Shown here one piece after another: positions 1-8,422 of a stretch of 24,789 nt of DNA. The notes beneath the pieces were generated by a model. The model made no database searches. It had not been told where the DNA came from and saw only the letters and a list, made by a program, of their open reading frames with translations. The DNA is from a virus. Lineage: Duplodnaviria > Caudoviricetes. The stretch covers positions 1 through 24,789 of the IMG/VR virus record IMGVR_UViG_3300017766_000887. One strand, given 5' to 3'. Position numbers and translations under genes: made by a program. Position 1 is the stretch's first letter, and each line of letters opens with the position of its first letter.

Positions 1-114
1 CTCATTCCCGCGCCCGCAATTAGCAGGGTGTTGGAGAGGAGAGGAATAGACTTAGACGCATCTTCAATCAACAAGTACCGTCGAGGGGAATTCGCTCATG
101 TCACTAAAGGATGA
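1..114 (+). CDS. Partial (5'-truncated) small HTH-like protein
   Basis: Frame 1 reads LIPAPAISRVLERRGIDLDASSINKYRRGEFAHVTKG* (TGA 112-114), with an HTH-like pattern. It overlaps the next gene. Not in the ORF track. Confidence 0.55.
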   Translation, partial: LIPAPAISRVLERRGIDLDASSINKYRRGEFAHVTKG

Positions 115-1285
115 ATTAGAGGAGCAATCCCAACCGCCTGAGAACCAACGCGCATGGGCTGAAGTAACACCTGATGGTGGTGAGATTTCTACCGGTGTTC
201 TACCCACACCAATCACATCAGACTGGACAGCAATACTTGTCGGGTTCGGTTTAGACCCCACCGTATTTGAAGTCGTTGACGACACAGTACGAATGTCTAA
301 ATGGCAGACCTCTAAGCGTTTAGAGAACGGTGATCGAGATGTTGCATGGCTGTACTCGTATCGTGCCAGGTTTCGTCGCAAAGCAAACAGGGTTTTACCT
401 GATGAAGATATTGAGGCGTTACGACAGAAGGTTTCCAAATGGAAGCAACCTAAACGCCCCGCAAACAAACCATCTGATGAGCCATCATGCACGTTCGTAA
501 TCAACTGGGCTGACTTACAACTTGGCAAATCTGCTGGCGGTGGTGTCGAAGCAACCGTTGAACGGGTACTGGAATCATTAGAGAAAACAGTTCAACAACT
601 CCATGACCTTCGCCGTAAAGGTAGAAACATTGAGGGTGCTGCATTAGTGAACATGGGTGATCCGTTTGAGGGTTGCGATGGGAACTATGCGAGCCAGCTC
701 TTTACCGTGGAACTCACCCAACGTGAACAATTACTACTCGGTGCAGACCTGTTTGCTAAAGGCATCAGCACTATCGCATCACTTGTTGATGTATTAGATG
801 TTATTGGTGTGTTGTGCAACCACGGGGAATGGACACGCCGAAACGGGAAAGCCGTAACATCAGACTCAGACAACGCTGGTGGATTCCTAATGGATGTGCT
901 GTACCGAATCCTTGACACACAGATACCGAACCTTGAATGGACTATCCCACACGATGAGATGGTCACAACCAAAGTGCTATCCGATGTCAAACTTGCGTTC
1001 GCTCACGGCCACAAAATCACCGGCAAAGAAGTCGAATGGTTGAACGCACAGTCGATAATGATTCTGCGTGAACAAGGACGCGAACCTGACCTGTGGATCA
1101 CCGCCCACAAGCATCACTTGCAAGTCACCGATCACGGTGCATACACCCGTATCCAATGCCCATCAATGGATGGTGGATCAAAGTGGTTCGCTGACTCCAA
1201 AGGCATTTGGTCTACCCCAGGTACGCTCACGCTGCTGGTGGGTCGCCATGACAAACGGAACTGGTCTGATCTGGAAGTCCTATGA
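98..1285 (+). CDS. Calcineurin-like metallophosphoesterase (Mre11/SbcD-like nuclease fold)
   Basis: 395 aa with metal-binding motifs in the expected order: ADLQ, MGDPFEG, CNHGE, HGH, AHKHH. SD GAGGGG upstream. Confidence 0.8.
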   Translation: MSLKDELEEQSQPPENQRAWAEVTPDGGEISTGVLPTPITSDWTAILVGFGLDPTVFEVVDDTVRMSKWQTSKRLENGDRDVAWLYSYRARFRRKANRVLPDEDIEALRQKVSKWKQPKRPANKPSDEPSCTFVINWADLQLGKSAGGGVEATVERVLESLEKTVQQLHDLRRKGRNIEGAALVNMGDPFEGCDGNYASQLFTVELTQREQLLLGADLFAKGISTIASLVDVLDVIGVLCNHGEWTRRNGKAVTSDSDNAGGFLMDVLYRILDTQIPNLEWTIPHDEMVTTKVLSDVKLAFAHGHKITGKEVEWLNAQSIMILREQGREPDLWITAHKHHLQVTDHGAYTRIQCPSMDGGSKWFADSKGIWSTPGTLTLLVGRHDKRNWSDLEVL

Positions 1286-1374
1286 CAGACGCACGTTTAT
1301 GCCTATGCGTATATCGTGGGGTGATCCCTCGATCCCCTGACTGTGGAGAAAAGCCCGATGACTTTGATGAATAG
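1282..1374 (+). CDS. Small Cys-containing hypothetical protein (30 aa)
   Basis: ATGA overlap with the upstream stop. Reads MTDARLCLCVYRGVIPRSPDCGEKPDDFDE*. Not in the ORF track. Confidence 0.5.
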   Translation: MTDARLCLCVYRGVIPRSPDCGEKPDDFDE

Positions 1375-1639
1375 AACCGTCGTTTACATCCAGTGGGCTG
1401 ACACCCATCTGTCCGAAGGTGGCTGGCTGAACATGGATGAATATGAGGACGATGGTGAATGTCTCGTAGACACCGTAGGGTTCCTAGTACCAGTCGGTGA
1501 ACCAGGTTCCAAAGATAACCATGTGACCGTATGGCAAACCATTTGCAAAGAAGAAGGTATCCACGCTATACATATCCCTGTAGCGATGGTGCGCGACATG
1601 AAAGCGATTGACTTGACAGTAACCGTGTCACACCCCTAG
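1358..1639 (+). CDS. Hypothetical phage protein
   Basis: Track ORF 1343..1639. ATG 1358 lies 9 nt after GGAG and is the preferred start. Contains YIQWADT and VDTVGFLV segments. Confidence 0.7.
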   Translation: MTLMNRTVVYIQWADTHLSEGGWLNMDEYEDDGECLVDTVGFLVPVGEPGSKDNHVTVWQTICKEEGIHAIHIPVAMVRDMKAIDLTVTVSHP

Positions 1640-1642
1640 ATT
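1613..1642 (+). promoter_or_regulatory. SigA/sigma70-type promoter for the recombination operon
   Basis: TTGACA (1613-1618), 18-nt spacer, TAGATT (1637-1642), upstream of AGGAGG and ATG 1674. Contains the inverted repeat TGACA-N7-TGTCA. Confidence 0.6.
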
Positions 1643-1673
1643 AAAAATACCTGCACAAACCATAGGAGGAACA

Positions 1674-2624
1674 ATGCAGAATCTATCAACCATCCCCAAG
1701 CCAACACACGGCAGCCAAGACTGGCTTAACCTACGTTGGGCAAACGAAAAAGGTGAGAAACGAATCACCGCATCAGTAGCCGCAGCAATTCATGGTGAAC
1801 ACAAATACACCACACCAGCTGACCTAGCGGTAGAACTATTGGCAGCAACACCCCCTGTGCCAACAGAACAAAACGATGCGATGCGTCGAGGCACAATCCT
1901 TGAAGGCCCACTCATGGGTTGGGCAGGAGAAATCCTTGGTGACTCAATCGTGGAACCGGCAGAGATGTACTGCTACGAAGAAAACGGTGTACGCCTCATG
2001 TCCACAATGGACGGTCGTTCAACTATCACTGGAAAGTTTTACGAACTCAAAACATATAACAAGCGCTGGACGGGACAACTTTCCCGAACCTGGTACTGGC
2101 AAGGAGTTCAGCAAGCGATATGTACTGGTAGTAACGAAATCTACTGGATCATTTTTGATAGCGACCTCCAACTCCAGTTCCATACACAGACCGTAACTAG
2201 CGACGAAAAACAGATTCACATAGAAGCAGCCCGCAAATTCTTGGGCTTCATCGACATGGGCATGATGCCTGACGTGGCTGATCCCACCTACGACAACGCC
2301 AGTACGCTCTACCCCGAAGGTTATGGAAACACGGTCGTATTGGGACATGAGGTTTACGCGAGTTTAGAACGATTGGCACAAGCCCGTGAACAGAAGAAGC
2401 AGGCTGAAGCTGTTGAGGAACTCATCAAGGGTGAACTTGCGATGCTATTGCAGGACGCTGAGTATGGCGCGATTGACGGGACCCAGGTCGTATCGTGGAA
2501 GAACAGCAAACGCACATCGTTTGACACCAAGAAGTTTGAGGCTGAGCATCCTGCATTGGCAGAAAAGTTTAAGAAAACATCAACCTTCCGCACTATGCGG
2601 ATCATCGCTAAGGAGGCGAAGTAA
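1674..2624 (+). CDS. YqaJ-like viral recombinase / lambda-exonuclease family
   Basis: HGSQDWLNLR...ITAS, MRRGTILE, STMDG, ELKT and YWQ..QQ motifs, with a C-terminal FDTKKF..EHP. Strong SD. Confidence 0.88.
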   Translation: MQNLSTIPKPTHGSQDWLNLRWANEKGEKRITASVAAAIHGEHKYTTPADLAVELLAATPPVPTEQNDAMRRGTILEGPLMGWAGEILGDSIVEPAEMYCYEENGVRLMSTMDGRSTITGKFYELKTYNKRWTGQLSRTWYWQGVQQAICTGSNEIYWIIFDSDLQLQFHTQTVTSDEKQIHIEAARKFLGFIDMGMMPDVADPTYDNASTLYPEGYGNTVVLGHEVYASLERLAQAREQKKQAEAVEELIKGELAMLLQDAEYGAIDGTQVVSWKNSKRTSFDTKKFEAEHPALAEKFKKTSTFRTMRIIAKEAK

Positions 2625-3586
2625 TGAAACTAGAAGAAATCATCAGCAAGTACGGCGTACCTGATCCGAAGATCGTAGGCAAACTCCCTAAGGGTGGGAT
2701 GCAGCTTGACTTCGTAGGTCACGCAGACGTAACCAAAATGCTTATCGAGATTGACCCTGAGTGGACATGGGAACCAACCGCGTTTGATGCGAACGGTCTA
2801 CCGGCTTACCGTGTAGAGAACGGCATGGCACACATGGCAGGCTGGCTCACCATCCTCGGTGTACGTCGCTTGGGTATCGGTTCGGTCATGCACAACAAAC
2901 CTGACCTGCTCAAAGAGTTGATCTCAGACTTTATTCGTAACGCCAGTATGCGCTTCGGTGTATGCCTGTCGTTGTGGACTAAGCAAGAGTGGGACGATGT
3001 ATCACACACCCCGATCACCTCTGCACCTAAGCCTGCACCAGTAGCAAAGGTTGAACCAGCCAAGCCAAGCGATCCGTTGGTATCAATGGACAACATCAAG
3101 CGTTTCGTCGAGGCTTGCAAAACAGCAGGACTCAACCATGAACATGTTGCTAAGTCAGCAAAGCTTGACCTTGCAGACCTCAAAGAATCACAGATGCCAC
3201 AACTCCGTGAAGCGTTTGCCAAAGCAAAAGAGTTGGCAGCACAGTTCAATGACATTGAACCTGAAGTGATGGACGACTTCAACCCTGCGTTCAACACCAC
3301 CCAAGAAGCAGTAGCAGCAGTAATCAATATGTTCTCTGCTGAAGAAGTGATCGCAGAATCCAAAGCGAATCACCCTGCTAATGGCTCGCCACAGATCAAG
3401 GAACCTGGCGCACCGGCAACAACGAAACAGATCGGTATGTTCAGGGCTTTGGCATCAGGCAAGGGCATCGCAACTAAGGCAGAGCAACTATCTATGGCAT
3501 CAGACTCAACAGGCCGTGTCATCGAATCGTTGGAAGCCCTAACCAAGTCAGAGATTTCTGAACTCATCACCATCTTGAAGGCGTAA
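2624..3586 (+). CDS. Single-strand annealing protein, Rad52/Sak-like
   Basis: N-terminal QLDFVGHADVTKMLIEIDPEWTWE, then ISDFIRNASMRFGV, a Pro/Ala linker and a C-terminal ATTKQI...LTKSEISELI. Coupled to the exonuclease gene. Confidence 0.72.
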   Translation: MKLEEIISKYGVPDPKIVGKLPKGGMQLDFVGHADVTKMLIEIDPEWTWEPTAFDANGLPAYRVENGMAHMAGWLTILGVRRLGIGSVMHNKPDLLKELISDFIRNASMRFGVCLSLWTKQEWDDVSHTPITSAPKPAPVAKVEPAKPSDPLVSMDNIKRFVEACKTAGLNHEHVAKSAKLDLADLKESQMPQLREAFAKAKELAAQFNDIEPEVMDDFNPAFNTTQEAVAAVINMFSAEEVIAESKANHPANGSPQIKEPGAPATTKQIGMFRALASGKGIATKAEQLSMASDSTGRVIESLEALTKSEISELITILKA

Positions 3587-3588
3587 CC

Positions 3589-3867
3589 ATGGCTAAGAAA
3601 AAGAATGATTCACTAAGCCAAGCTTTCAGAAATTTGCACAAAGAGATCGCTTTTCTTGTCGCAGACCGTGACTTCTACCGTGAACTTTCGTACATTTGTT
3701 TTTACGAATTATCCAATGAACATTGGTTTGATGAAGATGTTGAAGATATTGTCCAACATTTTTCTACGATGGCAAAATTGTTGGTCAAAGATTATACAGA
3801 TGAAAAATATCTGAACCGTTTGGAGGTGGATTTTGTCGTTGGAACAGAACAGGAAGGATTACTGTGA
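3589..3867 (+). CDS. Hypothetical protein
   Basis: 92 aa ORF filling the gap in the operon; visibly AT-richer than its neighbours. Confidence 0.65.
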   Translation: MAKKKNDSLSQAFRNLHKEIAFLVADRDFYRELSYICFYELSNEHWFDEDVEDIVQHFSTMAKLLVKDYTDEKYLNRLEVDFVVGTEQEGLL

Positions 3868-4294
3868 AGGCAACAGAGACAAATGTACGGTTGACGGCTG
3901 CCCCAAGTTCGGAACTTTGGGACGTGAAGCTCGTGACGGTAAGCGACGGGTCAAAGGATGTAACGATCCTGTTGCTCGCGGAAAACGATCACGAACTAAA
4001 GGTGATAGCAAAGCTCGACGTGCTAGGAAGAAGTTGGGTCTTAGTGCGACAGGTAATGCAGGCACTCGCCATGAAGAACATTGGGGTGGCTTCTTTCGTG
4101 TCGAAGTCAAAGCGGGCGCACAGGTGGGTCCGATCGCTACTCGTTTCAACCAGGCTCGTTTACAATCTGAAGCATCAAAGTCGTTGGGTGACATACGACC
4201 TTTCGCGATGATTGCTATGCCTGATGGCAGTAGTGACGGTATCGTGTTAATGACATTGGATGAGTTTGCGGAGCTAGTTTCCCTTATCTCATAA
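3833..4294 (+). CDS. Putative PD-(D/E)XK nuclease / Holliday junction resolvase
   Basis: GGAGG SD before the TTG start. Cys-rich N-terminus, RVEVKAG (ExK) motif and C-terminal LVLMTLDEF-type end; sits in recombination context. Confidence 0.55.
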   Translation: MSLEQNRKDYCEGNRDKCTVDGCPKFGTLGREARDGKRRVKGCNDPVARGKRSRTKGDSKARRARKKLGLSATGNAGTRHEEHWGGFFRVEVKAGAQVGPIATRFNQARLQSEASKSLGDIRPFAMIAMPDGSSDGIVLMTLDEFAELVSLIS

Positions 4295-4329
4295 GCATTA
4301 GGTTAACTTTTGCTAAACTTGGAGGACCG

Positions 4330-4824
4330 ATGAGATTATTTATACGGCTATTTGCCGTTTCTCTAGTAGGGATTATCACCTTCGGCAGCATGGTTCAAGC
4401 TGCTGAAGCCCCTGCCAACCCTGCGAACCCGTCAGTAACACCTCTCTCGGAGGCTTACAGAGCGTCTGACAAGGTTCTGGTACTGCCTGTTGAGGTGGTT
4501 CCTGAGGGTGTTCCGGCAGACAAAACGAAGCGTTGCCCCCAATGGGAGGATGAGTTCGCAGAGTTCGGGCTACCCGTCGAAACGTTCTCGTATATTGCTT
4601 GGCGTGAGAGCCGCTGCAACCCGCTATCCCACAACAAAACATTGAACCGTAACGGCTCACAAGATAGGGGCTTGGTCCAAGTGAACTCCAGTTGGGTCAC
4701 GGTTACAGCAAAAGAATGTGCTTCACAACGAGGCGATCTGTCAGTACTGTTTAACGTACGGTGCAACCTTGCGGTAGCCCGATACTTATACAGGAACGGC
4801 GGGCTAAGGCATTGGAATCTATAG
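4330..4824 (+). CDS. Secreted lytic transglycosylase (SLT/lysozyme-like fold)
   Basis: Signal peptide MRLFIRLF...VQA-AEA, catalytic IAWRESRCNP, DRGLVQVN, and NLAVARYLY...GLRHW. Confidence 0.82.
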   Translation: MRLFIRLFAVSLVGIITFGSMVQAAEAPANPANPSVTPLSEAYRASDKVLVLPVEVVPEGVPADKTKRCPQWEDEFAEFGLPVETFSYIAWRESRCNPLSHNKTLNRNGSQDRGLVQVNSSWVTVTAKECASQRGDLSVLFNVRCNLAVARYLYRNGGLRHWNL

Positions 4825-4856
4825 ACGAATATCAAGACGACAACGAGGGAGAAGAA

Positions 4857-5147
4857 ATGTCGGCAGCCGAAGATTATTACAGCCTGGTAAACAACCAGTT
4901 TGCTTTCGTAGAGGAAGCAGCGTGTCGAGGAGCAGGCCCAAGCCTGTTCTTCTTAGACGAGGAAGAAAAAACAATCAACATTATGAAGCTTGCCCAAGCA
5001 CGACTGGTTTGCGCGACGTGCAAAGTACAAAAAGAATGTCTTGACTTTGCTGTACAGAACAATATAAAGTCAGGTATCTGGGCAGGTACAACACCATTAC
5101 AGAGGAGAGGGCTACGCCGTGAGTATAGAAACACCAATAGAGTTTGA
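4857..5147 (+). CDS. whiB: WhiB-family Fe-S transcription factor
   Basis: Four Cys (AACRG...VCATCKVQKECL) plus GIWAGTT..QRR. Start moved to ATG 4857, after GAGGGAG. Confidence 0.92.
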   Translation: MSAAEDYYSLVNNQFAFVEEAACRGAGPSLFFLDEEEKTINIMKLAQARLVCATCKVQKECLDFAVQNNIKSGIWAGTTPLQRRGLRREYRNTNRV

Positions 5148-5340
5148 GTTAGAGCAATACAAGGATCGTGTTGATGCGATGCAGATGGCGAACGAACTGT
5201 TGCGCGAGGAACGTGACCGTCTAAAAGATGCTGCTGATTCACTTCACGCAGAACTAGACGCTTGTCGAGCCACGCTAAAGCAAGCGGAGTCAGTTATTTC
5301 CCGCTTGCGTACCCACATCGCGCAGGGTGTGGAGTTGTGA
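5119..5340 (+). CDS. Coiled-coil hypothetical protein
   Basis: 73 aa with a heptad pattern; AGGAGAGG upstream of the GTG start. Confidence 0.7.
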   Translation: MSIETPIEFELEQYKDRVDAMQMANELLREERDRLKDAADSLHAELDACRATLKQAESVISRLRTHIAQGVEL

Positions 5341-5681
5341 CACCAGCGTTAATTGAGTTGTTCGTTGATCGTTTATGCGGAATGTATCCGACAACGAATA
5401 TCGCACGCAACACGGTAAAAAACGCCTGGGTCAAAGACGAGATGCTGCTCGACGCTTCCGAAGATGACGCTAAAACCGTACTCAAAATGGCTGAATCATT
5501 AGGCCATTACCCGAACCAGTATGAAGTGAAATCGTTATTCCAAAAGGTAATGGGCGTACGTCAAGCAGAGGTGGGTTGCGACGAGTGTGACAGCACCGGA
5601 TTTATTTATACCGATCCAGATTTCAATACCGATTCAGTAAAAACAAGATATGTCAAGTCATGTGAATGTAGGAGTTTCTAA
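5337..5681 (+). CDS. Hypothetical protein with C-terminal zinc-binding motif (replication-associated?)
   Basis: GTGA overlap start at 5337, in frame with track ORF 5262..5681. Contains CDECDSTGFI...CEC. Confidence 0.65.
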   Translation: MTPALIELFVDRLCGMYPTTNIARNTVKNAWVKDEMLLDASEDDAKTVLKMAESLGHYPNQYEVKSLFQKVMGVRQAEVGCDECDSTGFIYTDPDFNTDSVKTRYVKSCECRSF

Positions 5682-7063
5682 TGGCGTTAACTTTTGGAAG
5701 TTTGTTTGCTGGTGTCGGCGGATTTGATATGGGCTTTGAACAGGCAGGTTGGGACTGCAAGTTCCAGGTCGAATGGGATAAGAACTGTCAACAAATCCTC
5801 AACAAACATTGGCCCGATGTACCTAAATGGGGTGATGTTTCCGATGTTAACGGTGCAGAAATACCACCAGTGGACTGCATTATTTTTGGCAGCCCGTGCC
5901 AGGACCTCTCCGTGGCTGGTAAACGAGCAGGCTTAGAAGGCGAACGATCAGGACTATTCCACGAAGCCGTACGAATAATTAAGGAGATGAGAGATGCAAC
6001 CAATGGAACTTTTCCCCGATGGACAGTTTGGGAGAACGTCGCAGGAGCTTTGTCCTCAAACAATGGACGAGATTTCGGGACAGTCATCAATGAAATGGCT
6101 AAAGCAGGGGCGTATCTCCAAGAGTACGCTTTGCTGGACGCGCAATACTTCGGAATCCCCCAACGACGCAGGCGCGTGTTCCTCATCTCTTGCTTTGATC
6201 CTGCAGCATCCGAGCGATGTCCAATCCCGCTACTACCTGTCACCGAAAGCTTGCCAAGGGATATTAAGAAGGGCAAATCGAAGAGGGAAGAACCTACCAG
6301 CCAAGTTGCAGAAAGCTTTGGAAGCGATGGTCAATGGGCGGCAGGAAGCACCGAAGGGGGAGACATACTCCGAACCTCTGTGACTTCAAAATGGCACAAG
6401 GGTTCAGGTGGGCCAAGTGGTTCCGAGTATTACAACATGGTTGTTGAAGGGTTTACGCCTTCATCGTTTGCTAACTACATCGAAGGTGTTGGCACACTCA
6501 GGTCCAACGGAGGTGATCTCGGTGGAGGTAGCGAAACATTGGTAGCAGAACCAATGTTGGCTTTTGACACACAGTTTGGTAGCAACGCCAATGTGTTTGA
6601 GGATCAGTCACCAACATTGAAAGCTAGTCAACAGTCGCCGAGTGTCGCATACCCAATAGACACTCGTAATGCTTTGCGTGATCCGGAAAAGTATGATGCA
6701 CAAAATCGTCAAGGTTTAGGTATCGGGGCAGACGGCGACCCTATGGCGACACTCACATCTGCTCACATCAACGCTGTTGCTTATGACGAATACAATGACA
6801 GCATTAACGACATCCATCATGCGTTACGAGCAGGTACAAAACAATCAACTGGTGTGCTTGAACCAACGATGGCGGTGCGTCGACTAACTCCAGTTGAGTG
6901 TGAACGATTGATGGGTTGGCCCGATGAACACACCAGGTACAAGGCTGACGGAACAGAGCAAGCCGATACTCACCGTTACAAACAGTGCGGTAACGGTGTT
7001 GCCACTCCTGTCGCTAAGTGGGTGGCTCTGCAAATTGGGAATGTTGAATATGCCGAAGGGTGA
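5681..7063 (+). CDS. dcm: DNA (cytosine-5)-methyltransferase
   Basis: Motifs I FAGVGG, IV GSPCQD, VI ENV, VIII QRRRR, IX RRLTPVECERLMG and X YKQCGNG. Confidence 0.95.
   Translation: MALTFGSLFAGVGGFDMGFEQAGWDCKFQVEWDKNCQQILNKHWPDVPKWGDVSDVNGAEIPPVDCIIFGSPCQDLSVAGKRAGLEGERSGLFHEAVRIIKEMRDATNGTFPRWTVWENVAGALSSNNGRDFGTVINEMAKAGAYLQEYALLDAQYFGIPQRRRRVFLISCFDPAASERCPIPLLPVTESLPRDIKKGKSKREEPTSQVAESFGSDGQWAAGSTEGGDILRTSVTSKWHKGSGGPSGSEYYNMVVEGFTPSSFANYIEGVGTLRSNGGDLGGGSETLVAEPMLAFDTQFGSNANVFEDQSPTLKASQQSPSVAYPIDTRNALRDPEKYDAQNRQGLGIGADGDPMATLTSAHINAVAYDEYNDSINDIHHALRAGTKQSTGVLEPTMAVRRLTPVECERLMGWPDEHTRYKADGTEQADTHRYKQCGNGVATPVAKWVALQIGNVEYAEG
5994..6383 (+). CDS. Nested +1-frame ORF, EcoHK31I beta-polypeptide-like methyltransferase partner
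   Basis: 129 aa entirely inside dcm. AAGGAG at 5981-5986 lies 7 nt before the ATG. Contains YYLSPKACQGILRRANRRGKNLP..LQKAL. Confidence 0.7.
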   Translation: MQPMELFPDGQFGRTSQELCPQTMDEISGQSSMKWLKQGRISKSTLCWTRNTSESPNDAGACSSSLALILQHPSDVQSRYYLSPKACQGILRRANRRGKNLPAKLQKALEAMVNGRQEAPKGETYSEPL

Positions 7064-7175
7064 ACATTGGTCATGCCCTAAATGCGGTCAGCGCATGATT
7101 ACCCATGTCACAATTAAAGAACCACCGACGTGTGGGAATAAGCACAAACCTGTTCCGATGATTCCAGTTAAATAA
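7050..7175 (+). CDS. Small zinc-ribbon protein (41 aa)
   Basis: MPKGEHWSCPKCGQRMITHVTIKEPPTCGNKH..., giving CxxC...CxxxH. Overlaps the dcm stop. Confidence 0.6.
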   Translation: MPKGEHWSCPKCGQRMITHVTIKEPPTCGNKHKPVPMIPVK

Positions 7176-7220
7176 AAGGGACCGCCTCAACCCTTCGGGG
7201 TAGAGAGGGGAGGCGATCCC
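7170..7220 (-). terminator. Intrinsic terminator at the convergence of the two operons
   Basis: Minus strand reads GGGATCGCCTC...GAGGCGGTCCC (11 bp, one G-U) followed by TTTTATTT. There is an internal CCC-TTCG-GGG hairpin on the plus strand. Confidence 0.75.
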
Positions 7221-7282
7221 GATGGTGACAACACGGTCACGGGTAGGTACCCCGCAAGCGTTTAGTTGTTGCCTTACCTCTT

Positions 7283-7519
7283 TTAGACTATCTGCCGAAC
7301 ACTCACCCCAAAGAATCCGCTTCCGATAATGGCCGCGTTCGCGCTTTCGACGTTGTTGAACAGATACCAGAACCGTTCCGATGTCGTGAATGTCTGCCCA
7401 TTCCACCGGTGAGGCCCTGCCCACGTCTTGCCGTCGCGGTCACGAACCAACACCCAACGACTAGCCGACGGTCGAACATGGCGCGACGTGACACGCCTCC
7501 ACAGAACACCCCATCTCAT
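7283..7519 (-). CDS. Hypothetical protein (Trp/Arg-rich)
   Basis: 78 aa; ATGA overlap with the upstream gene; last gene before the terminator. Confidence 0.65.
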   Translation of the reverse strand: MRWGVLWRRVTSRHVRPSASRWVLVRDRDGKTWAGPHRWNGQTFTTSERFWYLFNNVESANAAIIGSGFFGVSVRQIV

Positions 7520-7872
7520 AGAGTGCTAGATAGTACGCGAGAACCCTCGTCGGTGATCTCACATACTTGTTGCTCTACACCCGCGCTAGATGTACGTGTC
7601 TTACCCGTTGGTCGAATGTATCCTGCCTGGCGTAGTTCGCTGCACCGTTTCCAATAACAGCATTTCGGGAGCATGGATAACCCGCTCGCGTTGCCCGCCT
7701 CCTCGTCGGTTAGGTACACATTGGAATCGTAAACCGCTAGGAGAATCGCGCGTTGCGATCCGGCGCGAACCGTCATCGCTTTAGAACCCGCTTCCGATGT
7801 AGCCCCATCGTTACGGCGTACACCGAGCCACCCGTTCGCGTGACCGATAGCCGACCATTCCTCGTAGTTCAT
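7516..7872 (-). CDS. Winged-helix DNA-binding protein
   Basis: LTDEEAG...YWKRCSELRQAGYIRPTGKTRTSSAG...VCEIT pattern; SD GGGGGAGG. Confidence 0.75.
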   Translation of the reverse strand: MNYEEWSAIGHANGWLGVRRNDGATSEAGSKAMTVRAGSQRAILLAVYDSNVYLTDEEAGNASGLSMLPKCCYWKRCSELRQAGYIRPTGKTRTSSAGVEQQVCEITDEGSRVLSSTL

Positions 7873-7961
7873 TGATCCTCCCCCTCGCTGTATGTTTCGC
7901 GATCAAATAGGTAGGCCATAAGAACCGCCCGCAATTCATCGTAGGTTAGGACGTGGGTCAT
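7869..7961 (-). CDS. Small hypothetical protein (30 aa)
   Basis: MTHVLTYDELRAVLMAYLFDRETYSEGEDQ*, with ATGA overlaps at both ends exactly filling the gap. Not in the ORF track. Confidence 0.65.
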   Translation of the reverse strand: MTHVLTYDELRAVLMAYLFDRETYSEGEDQ

Positions 7962-8317
7962 TCCGTCACCGCCAGAGAGTACGCGGTGTATTCATACCAA
8001 TGGTCGATGCTGTAACCCTGAATCTGAGTCCATACTATTTGCGATGGGGACTCATGTAGGGCGCGTACTGATTGACCCAACGAGAATACCGCCTTTACCG
8101 ATGCCTCCGGTAGATCAGAGGCAACTAGCACCCCGTCATATCCCCCCTCGGTGTTCCCATTGGCGACACGGTAAACGACGCGCCACAATTCAGATTCGAT
8201 GCACGTTCCGTCCGCATCGGCGTGTTTACATACCGTATACGCGCCGCGAGGCGTGTCCACCGTGTCAAGTAGGAGCGATTCGCGCTCCTGCCCGCAAGCT
8301 TTACAATTAGTTACCAT
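7958..8317 (-). CDS. Hypothetical protein, possibly Zn-binding
   Basis: 119 aa; SD GGAGGGG; N-terminal CKAC plus further Cys/His. Confidence 0.72.
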   Translation of the reverse strand: MVTNCKACGQERESLLLDTVDTPRGAYTVCKHADADGTCIESELWRVVYRVANGNTEGGYDGVLVASDLPEASVKAVFSLGQSVRALHESPSQIVWTQIQGYSIDHWYEYTAYSLAVTE

Positions 8318-8358
8318 AATTTGACCCCTCCCAGAGCCGTGTTTACCTCACGATGAGG

Positions 8359-8406
8359 TAGTCCCGTGGCGCGTCGCGAACGTGCTGCCCCCTACGGGGT
8401 CACGGG
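8359..8406 (-). ncRNA. Mini tRNA-like three-way-junction element, copy 1
   Basis: CCCGTG-A-CCCC GTA GGGG-GCA-GCACG TTCGCGA CGCGC-CACGGG-ACTA, followed by hairpin TACCTCA TCG TGAGGTA and the SD. Confidence 0.65.
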
Positions 8407-8422
8407 TGGCGGGTAATCCGGT

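Noticed and set aside
6300-6870. Intein or multispecific TRD array in the methyltransferase variable region
   Set aside because: No intein termini (C/S...HN-C/S/T) or LAGLIDADG motifs. The short 'TL.A/S' modules are common in phage Dcm variable regions, and target specificity cannot be read from them.
8341-8410. Hammerhead or other self-cleaving ribozyme reading of the intergenic elements
   Set aside because: No CUGANGA/GAAA core on either strand (CGATGAG is only a partial look-alike inside a hairpin), and no HDV-like nested pseudoknot was seen.
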